This document shows positions 62,431 through 64,000 of a stretch of DNA of 64,000 nucleotides, one piece after another (position 1 is the stretch's first letter; each line of letters begins with the position of its first letter). This DNA comes from Promethearchaeota archaeon (GTDB taxonomy: Archaea > Asgardarchaeota > Lokiarchaeia > Sigyniarchaeales > SOKP01). The DNA lies in contig JBHLNF010000002.1 in NCBI GenBank assembly GCA_048937405.1, positions 501,462-565,461 of the forward strand, written 5' to 3'. The notes below the pieces were generated by a model. The model worked only from the letters and a program-made list of their open reading frames with translations. It was not told the DNA's origin and did not search any database. A program made the translations under genes and the position numbers.

Positions 62431-63288
62431 ATGGAAAGTATTTTACTTGCTTTACTTCTGACTACAATAGCAGGATTATCCACGACAATAGGAAGCTTTG
62501 TTGCCTTTATCTATAAAAAACCAAGTAATAAATTCCTCTCATTTATAATGGGTTTTTCAGCAGGTGTAATGATTCTTGTTTCTTTTGTTGAGCTTTTACA
62601 AGAAGGTATAGTATCAAATGGAACATTTGCAGGTATTATGTTCTTTCTAATAGGAATGGGAATAATGTTATTAATAGATATTGGTGTTACCCACTATTAT
62701 GAATATGAAGATGGTTTTTGTATTGAAGAAAATTCCGAAAGATATAACCAACCTTATGACTTACAACACAATCACAATCAGCGTCATGGTTATCATCGTC
62801 AATATCGTCATCTACATCTAAGAAAATTATCTCAAGAAAAACAATTTAGAAAAACCTCAATATTGGTTACATTTGGTGTTTTTATTCATAATTTTCCTGA
62901 AGGTATAGCTACTTTTGTAGGAACCTTAAAAGAATTTGAACTGGGGCTTTTAATTGCAGTAGCAATTGCTTTACATAATATCCCAGAGGGGATAGCTGTT
63001 GCCGCAACGGTTTCTACTTGTAATGATAGTAAAGGAAAGGCATTTCTCTGGTCCTTTATATCAGGCATTAGTGAACCAATAGGTGCATTAGCAGTAGGCT
63101 TATTTCTTTTTCCTTTCATAAATGAGATCTTACTGGGTGCAATGTTATCAATTGTTGGAGGATTCATGATCTATATATCACTTGATGAATTACTCCCAAT
63201 GTCTCGTTCCTTAGGTAAAGAGCACTTATCAATTTTAGGAATTACTACTGGAATGTTTGTTATGGCAATAAGTTTAGCATTATTATAA
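62431..63288 (+). CDS. zupT: ZIP-family zinc transporter
   Basis: HNFPEG, HNIPEG, SEP, DELLP; His-rich loop. Confidence 0.93.
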   Translation: MESILLALLLTTIAGLSTTIGSFVAFIYKKPSNKFLSFIMGFSAGVMILVSFVELLQEGIVSNGTFAGIMFFLIGMGIMLLIDIGVTHYYEYEDGFCIEENSERYNQPYDLQHNHNQRHGYHRQYRHLHLRKLSQEKQFRKTSILVTFGVFIHNFPEGIATFVGTLKEFELGLLIAVAIALHNIPEGIAVAATVSTCNDSKGKAFLWSFISGISEPIGALAVGLFLFPFINEILLGAMLSIVGGFMIYISLDELLPMSRSLGKEHLSILGITTGMFVMAISLALL

Positions 63289-63362
63289 AATTAAAAAATC
63301 CTTTAACTTAATATTATAATCTCAACCGAACTTAAAAATGAAAAAGAAATGAGAAAAAAAAT

Positions 63363-63524
63363 TTATTTTGATTCTTTTCTCAATAGCGTACTGAGTTCAG
63401 TTTTAAGTAAATCACGTATTGCAACGCGAATAACTTCAGAACGGTTGGGATATAAGTTCATGTTTACGAGTTCTTCTATTCCAGAAAGATAAGCTTCAGG
63501 AATGTGACATGTTATTAATTTCAT
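63363..63524 (-). CDS. 53-aa ribbon-helix-helix regulator (CdrS/CopG-like)
   Basis: Below the ORF-track cut-off: MKLITCHIPEAYLSGIEELVNMNLYPNRSEVIRVAIRDLLKTELSTLLRKESK. Confidence 0.85.
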   Translation of the reverse strand: MKLITCHIPEAYLSGIEELVNMNLYPNRSEVIRVAIRDLLKTELSTLLRKESK

Positions 63525-64000
63525 ATTTTTTTGTAAAACCCCTTTTAATATTCAAAACTTATTGTTTTTGTTATATTTTACAAAATTTGATAATATAATA
63601 TATCCGTGTAATACCACCATGTTACACTAGAATTATCTTTCTATAAACCTAACCTTTTTCAAATTGTGAGTAGAGTACAAAGGAGTTAAAAAATGAAAAT
63701 AAAAGGATTTTTCAATAATAAAATATTATAATTTTAAATTTATATTGATATAAATAGGGAAAAAAGTGTTATATTTGGAAAGCTCCAATAAGAAGCAGCT
63801 TTCTAGAAAGAAACATAGAGCTAGATTAGTGTTAATTTTATATTTCGCTTTTTTGAAAGATTATAAGGAGTATAAGAGCTAAAAATATTAAGAAAAAAAA
63901 GATTAATTAAATATTGATTTCAATTTTAGTTTTCGAGTAATAATCATTACAATAATCGATGTGAACCCCATAAGCAGGAAAAGATTATATCCAGGAATCC

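Overview
AT-rich archaeal chromosomal segment. Gene content (profilin, gelsolin-domain protein, Rab/Arf/Rag-like GTPases, longin-like proteins, tailed histone, Loki-CTERM-type surface proteins, eS25, BHB-intron tRNA) points to an Asgard archaeon, most likely Lokiarchaeia. No CRISPR array, rRNA or clear mobile element was seen. Main observations: (1) a duplicated two-gene module, each copy being a ~1400-aa single-pass surface protein with a swapped tip domain and a conserved cytoplasmic tail, translationally coupled (TAATG) to a ~370-aa longin/DENN-like cytosolic protein; the two copies flank a longin-small GTPase gene, suggesting a surface-receptor-to-GTPase signalling system (inference); (2) a selenoprotein locus fragmented or missed by the ORF track: hdrA (2 in-frame UGA) and mvhD (2 in-frame UGA), all at conserved Cys positions, followed by one eukaryote-like SECIS candidate and an FrhB-family gene; (3) probable non-canonical AUA/AUU starts in uS4, a Rag-like GTPase and a HIT protein; (4) a Bud23/WBSCR22-like rRNA methyltransferase next to eS25; (5) a HisC-like protein lacking the PLP lysine. 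All family calls come from motif recognition by eye; no searches were run.
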